DNA from: Diadema antillarum
Lineage: Eukaryota
DNA length: 64,000 nt
Reading direction: 5' to 3'
Assembly (NCBI RefSeq): GCF_040938485.1
Contig: NW_027271168.1
Location: 2,914,001 to 2,978,000 of the forward strand
The notes below the pieces were generated by a model. The model was given only the letters and a program-made list of their open reading frames with translations. It searched no databases and was not told where the DNA came from. Every line of letters starts with the position of its first letter. The first letter of the stretch is position 1. A program made the translations under genes and the position numbers. Below, piece after piece: positions 1-13,845 of this stretch.

Positions 1-139
1 TCATTCTTTTCTGTATCATAAACCTGGGAATGATGAACATGTTTTTGACATAATTTTGGCTTGAAATGAATAAATGGTAATTTTGTAGTAAAAACAAATA
101 TCTAAATTTGTTCAAATGTAACGTTACTAACCGCGGAAT

Positions 140-1063
140 TGCCCAAATCGGTTTAGAAATGGCGAAGGAGTAGCATTTTGTAGCCAATGTACAATATAGG
201 TAAAAAATCAAGGTCAAAGGTCAAAGAAGTCAAGGGTCAAAATTCTGTGTAGAAGTTTTAAAGCCCTCACCTAGTGCCTTCACATAAAGCAAACGGAATC
301 GTAATCGAGTTAGAAATGGCAAAGGAGTAGCATTTTGTAGCAAAATGTACAATACAGGTCAAAAATCGAGGTCAAAGGTCAAAGATCAAAATTCTGTGTA
401 CAAGTTTTGAAGCCCTCACCTAGAGCCATCACATAAAGCAAACGGAATCGAAATCGGGTTAGAAATGGCGAAGGAGTAGCATTTTGTAGCCAATGTACAA
501 TATAGGTCAAAAATCAAGGTCAAAGGTCAAAGAAGTCAAAGGTCAAAATTCTGTGTAGAAGTTTTGAAGCCCTCACCTAGTGCCATCACATAAAGCAAAC
601 GGAATCGAAATCGGGTTAGAAATGGCGAAGGAGTGGAATTTTGTAGCAAAATGTACAATATAGGTCAAAAATCAAGGTCAAAAGTCAAAGAAGTCAAAGG
701 TCAAAATTCTGTGTAGAAGTTTTGAAGCCCTTACCTAGTGCCATCACATAAAGCAAACGGAATCGAAATCAGGTAAGAAATGGCGAAGGAGTAGCATTTT
801 GTAGCAAAATGTACAATATAGGTCAAAGGTCAAGGTCAAAGGTCACAACTGAAATTCTGTGTAGAAGTTTCAAAGCTCCCATGTAGTGCTATCATATAAA
901 GCAAACAGAATCAAAATTGGCTCATAAATGACAGAGAAGTAGCAAATTGAAGATTTTGATCACACACGGACGCACAGACAGACAGACAGACAGACACACA
1001 GACACACACACATACGGAGCCCGTTTCATAGTCCCCTGCTCGAACTCGTTCGGCGGGGACAAA
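140..1063. mobile_element. Helentron/HINE (DINE-1/pearl-like) non-autonomous element with internal ~157-bp tandem array
   Basis: About 5.5 copies of a ~157-bp unit (aaatcgggttagaaatggcg... starts at 451, 608, 766), then a (GACA)n/(CA)n microsatellite at 961-1012 and a 3' hairpin gtcccc...ggggac at 1031-1060. This is the modular HINE layout. The 5' boundary is uncertain and may lie outside the window. Confidence 0.7.
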
Positions 1064-1339
1064 CAATACTTACGGTAACATCGATTACACTGGTTCAAAT
1101 TTTTACATTGGTTGTTTCTATGCCTATTAAAAACTCACATTTCAGAACTATTTTGAAGCACTAATGCTGGGTTTTATTTAGACAATTATGTCTTTAATGC
1201 AGTGCTATTCAAAAGAAGCTATATTTCTTTTTATATCCAGCAACAGTTGTAAAAATTCCTTTAAGGCAGAGTGCTAAATTTCCCCGCAGTGACTTGTTGT
1301 GAAATCCACTATCACTGAATAAAGCTCTATTACCTACAG

Positions 1340-1515
1340 GTAGAAAACAAGGATCAATCACAAACTCTCACACCTACAGACAGCAACGGTCTGATGGAAT
1401 TGCAGCAGACGTTTCATCATATCGGGAGCCAGACAACTACAAAAACAGGAAATTGACAGCGAGGATGGCCGAAGCTACACTTATCTATCGCCATAGAAAC
1501 ACTGAGTATTTATAG
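1340..1515 (+). CDS. Candidate terminal coding exon of an unidentified plus-strand gene
   Basis: Acceptor ctattacctacag|G, then an open frame (G)RKQGSITNSHTYRQQRSDGIAADVSSYREPDNYKNRKLTARMAEATLIYRHRNTEYL* ending TAG at 1513-1515, followed by AT-rich UTR-like DNA with AATAAA near 2168. No homology recognised. Confidence 0.3.
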
Positions 1516-3426
1516 AAAAGAAAAAAGCATGGAATGAGGAAAAAAAAAACACTAAATGCACTACAGAAATTAACAACAAACATGACACTTTTATAAATGA
1601 TGTTTTCCTTCATCACACAAGAATGCACAATTTATACTGACGATATTTTTGAATGAAAATGGAAATATAGTTTACTTGCAATGACTATATTTGCTGAAAG
1701 TCATAAGAATTCGCTATGTGCGTTTCATGCAAAGAACTAATTGATAACATAAAACTCTGGCAATGCCTGTGAAATGACACAACACTGTGATCAGCATCAA
1801 TAACTTTTATTACAGTCTGTATTGACTACAATATGAAAGGCATCATACTTTCAACTAGAAACATTTTTCATTGAAAGTCAAAACCTGCATTCACTCTTTT
1901 TTTTTACAGCAAGGCAATGATGTGTATTATGATAGTCAAGCACTGTGCATATAAACATTCACAACAACAACAACAAAACTGTTACAGCAAGGACAGACAG
2001 TATATCATGACAATGCCTTCTGCGCTAAAAACAGCTTGGGGTTGCGTGAAAGTGATGATGTACATGATTTCAACTGACCAGTCAAATAATCCCAGCATCT
2101 GTCTCACAGACAACGCAAATATTTGATTAACTGTTTAAACTTTCAATGGCTGCCATTATTGGGTTCAAATAAAAGCTGATTACCATCGTCAGTCTCATGA
2201 CTGTGTCAGTCAGCTTTGTTTACCATCCCCCTTATGAGCCCCAATGCCAATTTTCTATCCTGCTCTCTTTCCAAGGTCATTGACCTTTATATCAACTGGA
2301 GACCTACACAGATATAACTGCCTACTGCTACAATTAGGACTGGGTTATCAGCGAAATGGGACGACATTGATCAGAGTGCTATGTACATTGTATGCTACAG
2401 TATAATGAGAAGAGTTCAAGGACCTTGAATTTAACGACTCTTTCTGAGAAACTGACACGTTACAGGGAATGTTTCCCAAGGGGGAAAATTGGGATTTCCC
2501 TCTGGAGAGTAGTATTCCTGTGGCTGATGTGCTTTTCTTGTCTCCCTTTCCATTCATTGTCATCAAATGAACAGAAATATATTTTCTCAGTAATTAGGGG
2601 CCTACCTCAATTTCATGCATCCATCACTGTATTAAAGCGTGGAGGTACAAGAATTCTATCATCATGCTGTAAAGTGTGATTTTCCCTACACTTGGACCCG
2701 TGCATGCACTGGATCATCAGGTTATCATACAATAAACTTGTGAAAGATGCCCAATTCTACATAAATCTGCAAGTAGGGAAGTAGGTATTGAATGCTAGGG
2801 ATGCACTGATGGCATCTATGAACATACTCCTGAGTACACTACAATAAACGTCCCGATTTTTGCATGACTATTTTTTTCACGCTGAGTGTCTCAAAAACGT
2901 ATTCGCGGGTTCTCAAATTCGCGCTGCATGATTGTTAACCCATTCAAAATGTGCAGAGAAAATTGTGAAGATATTTTCGCAGGTTTCAGAATTCGCTAGC
3001 CACAAGTAGGGCAAAAAGGGCAAAAGTTAATGTACTGTGAAAATTTGTGCATTTACAGCACTCTAAATGCTGATGACCAACTAAAACCATAAGTCAGAGA
3101 AAGGATGAAATATCACTAGCACCATGGAGATTCTCTACCTCTATGCTTGCACCCTCTGCAAGTATAAAGTGGAGGATGACAAGAGACAGCGCATCAAACC
3201 TTAACTCCAGAATTTTCCCAAACTTGGCCGGCCTTCAGAATCTCTCCCGGATTGCCAAAACCAGCAAGAGGAGGTCTGAAGGGCAGGATCAAAGGGAGGG
3301 AATTTCGTAGCCAAAAACATCTTCATGAGGTCAAGATCGCTGACCCAGGAATTGACCTCAAGGGAGGGCCATCACCTACCCTGTTCAAGGGGAGGAAGAA
3401 CTCACCATGCCACCTTCTCCAACTTG

Positions 3427-3844
3427 GGGTGCACTTATCAACTCTTTTTTGGGGGGCAGAAACAGGTTTTCCAAATGGCTTTCAGAGATTTTTTGAGAGA
3501 TGATAAATGCAGAGCTGTTTTGATTATGGGGTTCGGAAAGCCTTTTTGAAAACCACAAATTTGTGCTTTCCGAAACAGGTTTCAGCCAGAAAAGTCTTTC
3601 TAGAAGCGAGATAAATGCAAAGCTGCTTTGAAACAGCTTTGTACTACGCACGCTGTACAAGACCCCTTCTCCTCCAGTCAAATGGCGCAATGCAGCTGCG
3701 CAGTGACAAGGCCGGTTTTCCTGTTGGCGATGAGTTGACAAATGCAACTTATTTTGGAAGGCATTTGCAAAGGGCTTTGGAAACGACTACTGACAGTGGG
3801 TATGGAAAGCCGTTTCAAACTGGGGAAAGATGATAAACGCAGCC
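3427..3844. mobile_element. PIF/Harbinger-like MITE
   Basis: Imperfect TIRs GGGTGCACTTATCA / GGCTGCGTTTATCA (reverse complement of the right end) and a 3-bp direct repeat TTG on both flanks. Confidence 0.55.
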
Positions 3845-5524
3845 TTGGTCAGCTGAATGTAAGTGCATTCATATCTGAATTTTTGTGGTGTTAAATACCA
3901 CAGTCATTTGTTAGCACCATTCTCAATGGTGCAATAACATGATACTGTAAAACTAGACATTTTTGTGTGCACAAAACTTTTTGTAAATTTGCCAGGAGCC
4001 AAGATTCATGAAAGTAAAATGCATGAGAGAGATTTTTTCTACACAACGTGTTGAATGCTGTAGTGGCAATTATTCTTGTTTCTTGTCGTGAAAAAGGCCA
4101 TTGACTCAAATTTGCAAGAGTTTCACGCAACGAATGTTTCTGGTTTCTATTCAGTACCATGCACAACACCACAGTATTCCACCATTATGCATTTGATATG
4201 GCATTGCTTAGAGGGGAAATTTCCTAGTTAGCGCTTTTCTCACTGGAAAATATCCCTACATATAAAACTGCAATTGATTGACAAATTGCCCTACATCAAC
4301 GTAAAGAATCATTGTTTTCAATTGTTTTATTGAAGAATTTCATGAATTTGAATAAAACTGCAATGTTTGAACTTTTCATTCACACTGCAATAATGAAAAA
4401 TTGTGCAATTACAAATGGCACAATTTTTCTTTGCCATTGTTTTACTGCATGTGCACTTTAACTTTGGAGTCTACTGTGATACACCTGCCAATTTACACAG
4501 GACATAATGATATCTCAGGTGGTCAGTAGCATGTGTTGTGTCTGGCGGTAGGATCCCAATGTTGAATATTTTCTTGATTTGTTTGTTTGTTTGTTTGTTG
4601 TTGTTTTTTTTTTTGGGGGGGGTGAGCATTCTCATTGATAAATATTTCAACAACTTTTTCTATGATTTTAAGTATTTACTAATGCCGACTTGAACAGAGA
4701 GTAGTATTCCCTTTAAAGTCTCATATTATACATTCCAGTCACATAAGTGGATGAGTGAGTAGCCACAAGTCATGTAGTATGAGTCACACTTGCTGCCAAC
4801 TATTCATACAGTTTGATCCTGCAATTTAAAAAATATGCTTGTTATGTTTGCATACATGTATGTCAAGTATGAAAATGATTTGAATGGGGCTTGTTTGGGT
4901 AAGTTCTTGGAAAGCCCTCGCGGTAATACCCTTCCTATCCCTGATTTCTGTGGCCTCACTCAAGCACATGTAATTTGGTACAATATAACACTTAATGTGG
5001 TATCAAAGAGAAGACTGCTAGTTTTTCAGAGGCTTAGGGTAAGTAATGGTGCTTCTGGCATGTTATTTCTCCATTAACATGTTAGAAAGCCAGCTTCAAA
5101 AAGACCTAACCCCAGATAACCCAATATCTATCACTACAGTAAATTCATTGGTAGTCTAATCTCCAGACTTTCCCTTGCTCATTTGTCTGAGCTGTAATTT
5201 TTTCAAGTAACATTCTACCTTGAAAACAAAGCGCAACATTTGCCACTCATAAACCTCTGGTTAATAACTATCCTCTACTTCCTGTACCAATTTTGTGTGT
5301 AACCTGCACAATAATCCCTACTGCCCCCCCCCCCCCATTTATACACACAAACAAAAGTTCAACATAAAAACAAAATGAAACATACTGATGAAATTTTTAC
5401 ATCAAGTTGTTTTAATTGCACCTGATTGACAAATTGCCCTATGTTGATGTAAGTAAGCACTGAATTGATCAGTGTTTTAGTACCAGCCATGTGACAAAAG
5501 AAATCATGGGTATACACTGCATAT

Positions 5525-5596
5525 GCTCGAGCAGGATTTGAACCTAAAACCTCCTGATTACAGGACAGGCGTCTCAGCCACTATAGACCACCGAGC
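5525..5596 (-). mobile_element. tRNA-derived SINE head / tRNA-like pseudogene
   Basis: Minus strand reads GCTCGGTGGTCTATAGTGGCTGAGACG...GGTTCAAATCCTGCTCGAGC: A-box-like and B-box motifs and a pairable acceptor stem. It sits within other dispersed repeat sequence (GATTGACAAATTGCCCT at ~4275, ~5423, ~5702). Confidence 0.6.
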
Positions 5597-5959
5597 TTCT
5601 GCATGACAGCCAGTGCTCATTGTAATCCTTACAGCATACAGCAGGTACTGTGTGTAATCAAAATTATGACATTCTTGCATCTAGTTGTTTCTATTGCAAC
5701 TGATTGACAAATTGCCCTGCATTTTATAAACATAAATAAACGAAATAGGGAAATTTGTCAATCAGTTGCAAAATTACACATGTTGCCACATAGGCAGTAT
5801 TTTCAAGATTTTGGTTTCATGTTTGCAAACATGATTTTAAACACACTTCATGCCAAACAGGATGGCACACTTGTTTTAGTTTCAGTGTCATTTTTGCCAA
5901 CTTCAGTTATAAATACAGATGATCAATATAATCAGAGAGAGCAAACACTGTTTAAAGGC

Positions 5960-6316
5960 ATTATTTCCCATTTGCAGATGAAACAAAAATCCAGCTTTAC
6001 TGCTTCAAAATAGTTCTAAAATGTGAGTTAAGGATAGACACAACCAATGTGAAAATGCTAATCAGTATAATCAATGTTAAGTACTGTTGAATGATACAAA
6101 ATGTGAACAATACCTATAATAAGATTGTTTCTAGAATATTATAACACTACCATCTACAGTTAGGGCCCATTAGGAAAAACAGTGATATCTCCCTACCTTA
6201 AATCTGTACACGTGTGGTTGGACGTTTTGTGATACAACTGACCTACACATATGCATCAAATGTGATAACTTGAAAATTATTTAAATCAATGCTCCCATTG
6301 GTAAACAATCATACCT
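5960..6316 (-). mobile_element. Kolobok-like MITE family A, partial copy
   Basis: Reverse-complement match to 8996-9330 and a same-orientation match to 58280-58623; ends ...acct|TTAA. Left boundary approximate. Confidence 0.6.
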
Positions 6317-8696
6317 TTAAAATATTACAGATCTGGAGACCCCTTGGTTCTGACCCATTATAACCTCATATTTACACCGACACTCCCGTCTGTGTACACA
6401 TGTGTTGGTATACGTGTGTGTGCTGAGAATCTGTACTGTCCATACACTACAGCTGCTGGACATCATACACTGACATCCATCATCACATATACATTGTACA
6501 AACTATGTCAAAACAGCACACGGAAACAGACATAATGCTCAACAGCACAAGGGAAATGAAGATGCACACTGTATCATAAAAGTTGGAAAGTGGCCATGTA
6601 TTGAAATGTACCTGCCTCACAGAAATGAGGAAAGATACATCCTTGTACTCTAAATTAAATCTTCCACCTATCAAATATCTGAAAGAGAAGTCAACAGGTG
6701 CAACGTGACTTTGTTGATATTTATAACTCTAAAGATGAAAGAAAAAGATAGTTTCCCTATATAACTTTCGTGAGAAAATAAATTTTGAAATAGCATTTTA
6801 TCTGGTATGATGATTATAGGTCCTACAATTTTTATGACTTTGGTTCATGAGAACAAGCAATTTCAGAGCAACCACACTGAAGATTCTGAGCACACAGAGT
6901 TTTGATCATAGATATCTTCAAAAGAATTTCTTACATCTACCATCAACATACATCTAATCTTTGAATTGTTCACGACAATTTTCTAGACATACATGCATGC
7001 ATTCAATATTCAATGACAAAGTTATGAAGAAATCATTAAAATATATGTCTTAATATATGATTAATACAAACACCTTGTAAATCAGTAAGAGAAAAATAAA
7101 TGCCCTCATCACTTTCTTCTGATGGCTTTGGTACATTAGAAATTTCTTTACAAAGTGCTCTGATGATAGATTTCCTTTCTGTACTTTCACATATAATATC
7201 TGAAAGGGTCACTTGCACATCAGTAAAAAGATATGTTAATGAGAGTGTTAATGGATTTCTACTTCTCAATTTTCAAGTTTAATGTCATTTCTGAGCCCTG
7301 GATAATTTCCTGTGCTACATGGATAACATCCTTGGTACAGCTACATGAAACTACTGACAACTCAAAAGCCATTCTCCCTCTCCTCTGATGATGGTAAGGC
7401 ATCATTATTGAACCTTTGGCCGCAAATCTAGAACCTCCAAGTGTAAAGGTTCCATGATTTGTAGCTCATACAAATCCTAGGATGCTTGTATTTTTTGGGG
7501 GGGGTTCTATAAAACATCTGAAGTTGTTTCTTGTCAGGATTCTACCCTATAAATCACTAGCCAGAGTTGTTTATCAGTAGGAATATATAATGCTTGAAGA
7601 ACACAAGACTGTACTGGGCTAATCTCACCAGGCATGGCAGTCTGATGTGGGACTTGTGACGAGATTTTCTCCGGATTTCGGCGATAAGACGGCAGGGCGG
7701 ATGGGAGCCTGAATTGGATTACTCCCTGAGACAAGAGACAAGGATGCGTGAAGGGGAATATCCCCACCGAGCCATTGTTCAAATCCATGCGCAACTGAAG
7801 TTTGTCACAAGATGTTAGCCCGTGTAAGGTGTAACCGCCGACGACCGAAAATAGACGCACTGAACGAAATGCACCATCTTTGACTCACATTTAACACACC
7901 AACATTACTTGCATGGTCCCTGGATCTACTGTGTACATAGGATGTTTATCACCACTATATATAATCTATCTCATGATTGTATACCTTCATATGTAAATTA
8001 CAATGTACCTACAAATATCTATTATGTAGAACAGATGACAAAGAAAAAGGCAGGAAACTACATCATATTCTTAATCAATACCTCATAAACTGTATTGTAA
8101 TATATCGCAATGATTTTGCAGCTAAGACATAGTATAAGAATAATATCGCAGAAAGACTGTATGTTGTATATTAAAAGGATGATATCTTTGAAACTTCCAA
8201 AGAAATATTTTAATGCTGACAACACTCATTACATCCAAAAATGCCAACACCAGTAAAATATTCATTTTCTTCTCTCTTTTTTTTTTGGTCAGAGATTTGT
8301 CAAAGACTAGAGAGAAGGGCAAATGATGAAATCCTTGTTATGTAAACAGTAAATTCTCTAATCACCTGCTGTATACAGTGCTAGCACCTAAATCAGAAAC
8401 AATCCATTCCATCATACAGGTCTTGTCTATCCCATTTCCTGTGTGAATTTCTCATGCTCATCTCAAAATGCTCGAAATAGCTGCAGAGCCCTATGCTCGT
8501 AGGTCAAAGTCATGACATGACTGTAATCAGACAAAACTCATCCAAGACGCACACTTTGATTGACATTTGGGTGTTACCTACCAGAGGAGCGTCTCTTTGC
8601 ATGGTTTCTATGTACAACGAAGACATCAAACAACATTCTGCTTGTCAAATAAACTGGTATGGGTCAACACTGACAAAGTAGTCAATTTTTGTTTAA

Positions 8697-8783
8697 CCCG
8701 TTGAAGACGAGTCCTGAGTACATACTCGCGCAGGTGTCTATGGGAAATGCGTGTTGTAGCAAAATCAGCCCGTCCTCAACGGG
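8697..8783. mobile_element. Short piggyBac-like MITE
   Basis: TTAA|CCCGTTGAAGACG ... CGTCCTCAACGGG TIRs. Partial copies at ~10446-10495 and (reverse) ~17300-17360. Confidence 0.65.
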
Positions 8784-8995
8784 TTTTGTAACTATATTCT
8801 CTGCCTATTACTGTACATGATCTGACTCTACCTATTATCTTCNNNNNNNNNNNNNNNNNNNNNNNNNNNNNNNNNNNNNNNNNNNNNNNNNNNNNNNNNN
8901 NNNNNNNNNNNNNNNNNNNNNNNNNNNNNNNNNNNNNNNNNNNNNNNNNNNNNNNNNNNNNNNNNNNNNNNNNNNNNNNNNNNTTTTTATTTTAA

Positions 8996-9330
8996 AGGTC
9001 CTGTTTACCTTTGGGAGCAGTGATTTAAGAAATGTTCAAGATATCACATTTGATGCATATACTGCATAGGTTTGTTGTATCACAAACATCCTACCATATA
9101 CAATTTTCGCAATAAAGCCTAAAATATATGGATATATATATTTTTCTCAATATGTTACGTAGTCTGGAAACATGTTTATTATATACCTATTGTTCACATT
9201 TTGTATATCTAACAATACTTAACATCAATTTTACCAAATCAAATTGAATGTTTCTATCTCTAACCCATATTTTAGAACTATTTTAAAGCACTATTGCTAG
9301 TTTTTTGCTTCATCTGCAAATGGTAAATTA
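8996..9330 (+). mobile_element. Kolobok-like MITE family A, partial copy
   Basis: TTAA|AGGTCCTGTTTACCTTTGGGAGCAGTGATTT start; homologous to the copies at ~6.0-6.3 kb and 58.3-58.6 kb. Right boundary approximate. Confidence 0.65.
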
Positions 9331-9349
9331 TGCTTTAAGTATGCCTTAA

Positions 9350-9732
9350 AGGGTGTGTGCAGTTCTGGTCGAGGTGAAGATTTAGCTTTTAACTTTTTGT
9401 GAGATATTCAGAAACCACTCTATGAGATGTCAAAGAGCATGCAGTTCTAAAGGGTATCAAAAGTTTATTCGATGAAAATCGGTTTTGAAATGGCTGAGAT
9501 ATCCAAAAACAAGGTGAAACAAAGAGATACTAATAAAGTTGGGGCATGTCACCTTTTATTATTAGCACTTTTTTTGATATCTCAGCCATTTGAAAACCAA
9601 TTTTCATCAAATAAACGTTGAATCCCTCTTAAAATTACATGCTCTTTCATCTTTCATAAGAGGCTTTTCATTATCTCACTTAGGAATGTTCAAAACATGA
9701 ATCCCTACCTCAACCAGTACTGTACAGTCCCT
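9350..9732. mobile_element. Kolobok-like MITE family B (full length)
   Basis: TTAA flanks on both sides and imperfect TIRs AGGGTGTGTGCAGTTCTGGTCGAG / AGGGACTGTACAGTACTGGTTGAG. Related copies at 35866-36224 and 46695-47091. Confidence 0.8.
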
Positions 9733-11406
9733 TTAAAGTGAACATGCTTCTTTATTGATGGTTTGTCTCACACATTACACATGATATCCATAATATTACA
9801 AAAAATTATAAGAATAAATGAGACATACGAAGAGAACAGGGAGACAGTAAGGAAAGATCAGTGTGGATAGACAGAAGGAATGAGGGAAAAGAAGAAATGA
9901 GAAGAAGAGAGGAGAGGAAAAGAAAGAGAAGAAGAGATGGAGAGATTTCTTCTATCTTCTCTGCCCCAAATGTACTTGTTTTCCCAATTAAGACGAGGAC
10001 AGGTTAATCACGCCATGATGAAGCCTGACAAGCGTGAGTCAAGACACACTGAGTATCTGTAATCAAGGAGCTCCTTGCTGTAATTAAACAAGAAGCCAGA
10101 AGCATGGGGTGGACATGGCTGCATTCTTTGTCCGATTGGCAAGGTCTTGGACTAAAGGGGGGATGTACAGGGAAGGAGATGAATTGGGATGAGGAGAAAT
10201 GAAGCGGGCAGACATCTAGACAGTATTCAATCCAACAGGAGATAGTGCGTTGGTTATCAGTAAACAGTAGATACAGGAAATAAATCAACAAGATTTTAAA
10301 CAGGCACTTTATACATAACAAATAGCTTTGACTAATTAAAGTACGTTTTCTTGACAGAGCACTCGAATGCTTCAAATCTGGCACAGTTCGGTACGGTACG
10401 CTTTGGTTCAGTTCGCTTTGGTTCGCTTTAGAGCGCTCGAACGCACCCTATGGAAATGCGTGTTGTAGCAAAATCAGTCCATCCTCAACGGGTTGAAACC
10501 AAAATGGTGCTTGGGCAAAAAACACACTGAGGATGGTTAGTTCTCGATGTAATGGAGTGCATTTAAGTAGATCTTGGTGTCTGTACTATCCACATTTTTT
10601 TTTATATTTCATATCAAATATATGCAGGTGACATTTGTGTGGGCAGGTTACAATTAATCTGTGTAGGACATGACACTTGCTTCATCATCTTTTTCACTGA
10701 ATCTATAAGAGACACCACATGGTTCGTGTAGATTATGAACAGCGCATCACAACTGGACATTCCGGCTATCTAATACTCTCTGCACATTTTTTTTTTTTTT
10801 GGTTGTTGTTTTTGACACAATGATTTCATGTTATTTCTTAAGTACATTTCTATCATTTTACAAAATACACAAAATATAAACCTGTGTAAGATGTATGATT
10901 TGGTGCTTTGTGTTTCCACACAATCTCAAGTCACAAAATGCATCTCCCCCCCCCCCCCCACCACTACCCAAGCGCTGAAGGGGGGGGGGGGGGTAACCTG
11001 ATAGAAAGGATCATCAATTAGTGATCAGAGGTGCAGGTCTGGAGTCCAGCAATGACCTTGAAACGACCCGCAATCAGCAAATGCATCACAATAATAATTG
11101 CCCACTCACCCTATACCCAGCTCCCTGGCGATACAACTCCACACGTCTGGTGCGAGCTAGAAAAAGCGTGCCGAACCTGCCCGGGCTATTGAATGTGAGA
11201 AATCTATTGCTACAAAAAATTTGAAGCTTCTCCAGCAGAGGAAATGTACAACAGGAGTATGAAATGTATGAAAAGTGAAATTTTGCAGTATGAAGCTTGA
11301 TAACATATTTCATGGAAAGCAAATTGTAGTGATATGTTCAGTTTCCCATGGAGTTGATAAAGAAAGAAAGATGAGATAAATAGAAAGATAGGTAGAAAGA
11401 TGGATA

Positions 11407-11638
11407 CTGTATACGCCGAATATTTCGTGATGTTTTTATTTTTTTGAATCTTGCGAGTCGGGTGCAAATATAAAAACACACAAAAATATTTACTCTGCCC
11501 CGACATGAATGTGAGGTGCAAGCATACATTTCTCCATCCCATAAAGTACTCCATAATCATGAATTTAACCTCTCGCAAAATTGGCGGGAAATCCTGATTC
11601 ACGAAAATTCAGACTCGCTAAATATATGGCGTATACAA
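11407..11638. mobile_element. TA-flanked MITE (Tc1/mariner-like)
   Basis: TA|CTGTATACGCC..ATATTT ... AAATATATGGCGTATACAA|TA. A partial copy starts at ~40384. Confidence 0.65.
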
Positions 11639-12559
11639 TAGATGGATGAAGGGATGGAAATATTATCATACACACTTTATGTACTGCGCCTATCGAGAAA
11701 TAAATTCGCATCACACAAAGCCACTTCAACAGTCTCTCCACACAATGTAGGCCTATATCTCAGTATGCATCTTGGCATAATGTTGCCAATATTATACAGT
11801 TTCTTAGGATATCTTTTTACAGTTCCCTCACAAATAATAATAGGGCCAGTGGGGCATTACATATCACCGGTGAGGCATTCACGCCTCCTTGTTTGACGAA
11901 ATGGAATGTGCCAGCTACCTTTTTGTACTCCACTTCCACCGATCCACAGTATTGACTTGCACCAAATTGACCATTTTGAGCCCAAGGGCAAAAATATTTT
12001 GAACATTTTGGAGGATTTTCTTTCCCCAGTGTCGGGTCAATGGGAGGAGGAAGCATGCAGGGGAAAGCGGAGATGTGGAAATTGATCCGTCGTCTTCTGC
12101 GTGGGAGAGAGCAGCCAGAGGCAAGCATCTCGATAGAGGTATGGAATAGCACATACCATGGCATACATTTATAGCAGAGTGTGATTCTGCCTATCTACAT
12201 TAAAGACCCAATATCGTGGAATACCCATGGAGAGGGAAGGCCAGCCCAGCTCAGATACATAAATTCAAGAATCCCTTAACGATTGTGTTAAGCTTTATCA
12301 CTATTCTCTGTGTAAAATACACATAAAGCCAAAGAATCTTGACTAACATCGACCATTACCAATGTATGCGTCTGCATAAATCTCATAATCCATAACAGCA
12401 TAATTCAAACAGTACTTAACGTTATTAATATCAATAGCATAACACCGCACAACTTGAGTGCATTGACCTTGGAAATCTTGAGTATTGTGTAAGTTGGTCT
12501 AGGTGCATACCAGTACATCTCATCTATTAGCTGATCTTTTGCACATAAAAAAAAGGAGT

Positions 12560-13300
12560 AAGATTTACCATCAAGAATTTGGTCACCTCACATTCACTTG
12601 GACGACTTGTCTGTTGGCATACAACAGAATACGACCACCTCTACACTCAAGACATAAATGTATTAGAGTTTCCTCGGGGTCTCCATGACAAAAACAGCAT
12701 TTTGAGTTTGCACACGGCCTGTATTACGAAAGCATCCATCCCACGAGACTATTGTATGCATGAGAACAATTCTGAGCAGAATCCAAACAAAAATTGCTTT
12801 CTCATTTTCTAGGTCCGAGACTCATCTAAAAATCACTCATACATTTCCTACTTCTGACTGTAGATATTTTTAACAGCTTTTATGAAAAGCTACAGCAGGA
12901 GGATCTTTGTCTCCCACCAGACATATCTCTGGCACTCTCCAAATCCCTCCTTCATCCTTCTTCATCGTTATTTTGGGACTGGATTTATGGAGAGATTCAG
13001 GCAGTGAAATTACTCTTGGCACAGTAGTGGAACATTGAAGGGGAGGGGAGGGACCTTTTCTATTCTAGCTAGAACCAGAGGGTATGCCGTGTCAGAGTAG
13101 GAAACATCTAATTTGCTGGGCCTTGCTTTTTCCTCACCCTGACTGGAGCTCCAACTTATCGACAAAGTGAGCCCATGAACTTTCCTATGAGTGATCGTGC
13201 GTGCCGTTCCTTTTTAGAACACCAGGTACCCACTTCAGGCAAGGCAGGGGATCCTCGCGTAATCCTTAGTAAATGACTCAATCTTGTACATGATGTTTCA
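12560..13300 (-). mobile_element. Decayed L1/Tx1-like LINE ORF2 3' region
   Basis: Minus-strand frames give KCCFCHGDPEETLIHLCLEC (zf-RVT-like C-x2-C...E-T-x2-H-L-x3-C) near 12650-12715, and KITMKKDEGGIWRVP (resembles the PKKEGGLG motif after the RT domain) near 12940-12980. Interrupted by stops and frameshifts. Confidence 0.45.
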
Positions 13301-13680
13301 ACTCTCATTGGAATATAAAGAAATAGATCATAATGCAAAAAATTTGCAAGAAATGTATTTCAGATGGGCTTGTTCATAAATATGTGTCAACTGCAGGTAT
13401 TATTCAAATACAAATTCAAATCTATTTCACATGCTAAAAAGAAAACATCACGTTCACAATAAAACAGAAGAGAAAAATGGGTAAAACATAGCTTGGAAAC
13501 GCTTGGTATGCTGATAAAAATGATCTCAGCACAATAACACATTTAATCATTAATCACTTTTTTATTGCCATTAAAACTACTTTTGATATTACATTTACAA
13601 CTGCAGTACTGCCAAAATTACTACATCTACTAATACTGTTACCATAGCTGCTGCTGCTAGTAGGTTCCTACTACTTACTG

Positions 13681-13845
13681 CAGGGGCGGATCCAGGAATT
13701 CCGTAAAGAGGGGGCGCGTTTACAAAATTAAAGGGGGGAGCACGCACCCCTCCCCCATTTTTTTCGTTTTATTTCTTTTGTTTCAACAAAATATAAAGGG
13801 GGGGGGGGCGTGCGCCGGTTGCGGTCCTCCCTGGATCCGCCCCTG
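13681..13845. mobile_element. hAT-like MITE with 5-bp TSD
   Basis: TIR CAGGGGCGGATCCAGG / CCTGGATCCGCCCCTG; TACTG duplicated at 13676-13680 and 13846-13850. Confidence 0.85.

Noticed and set aside
3120-3420. GC-richer block with partly open frames
   Set aside because: Stops in most frames and no recognisable domain or paired splice sites; left unassigned.
5525-5596. Functional tRNA-Thr(TGT) gene
   Set aside because: Extra bases in the D-arm, a mismatch in the anticodon stem, and a repeat context. Treated as SINE/pseudogene.
6483-6610. Hydrophobic minus frame (TVCIFISLVLLSIMSVSVCCFDIV) as FAM189 TM4
   Set aside because: The spacing differs from the remembered vertebrate sequence, the splice sites are weak and no linking exons were found.
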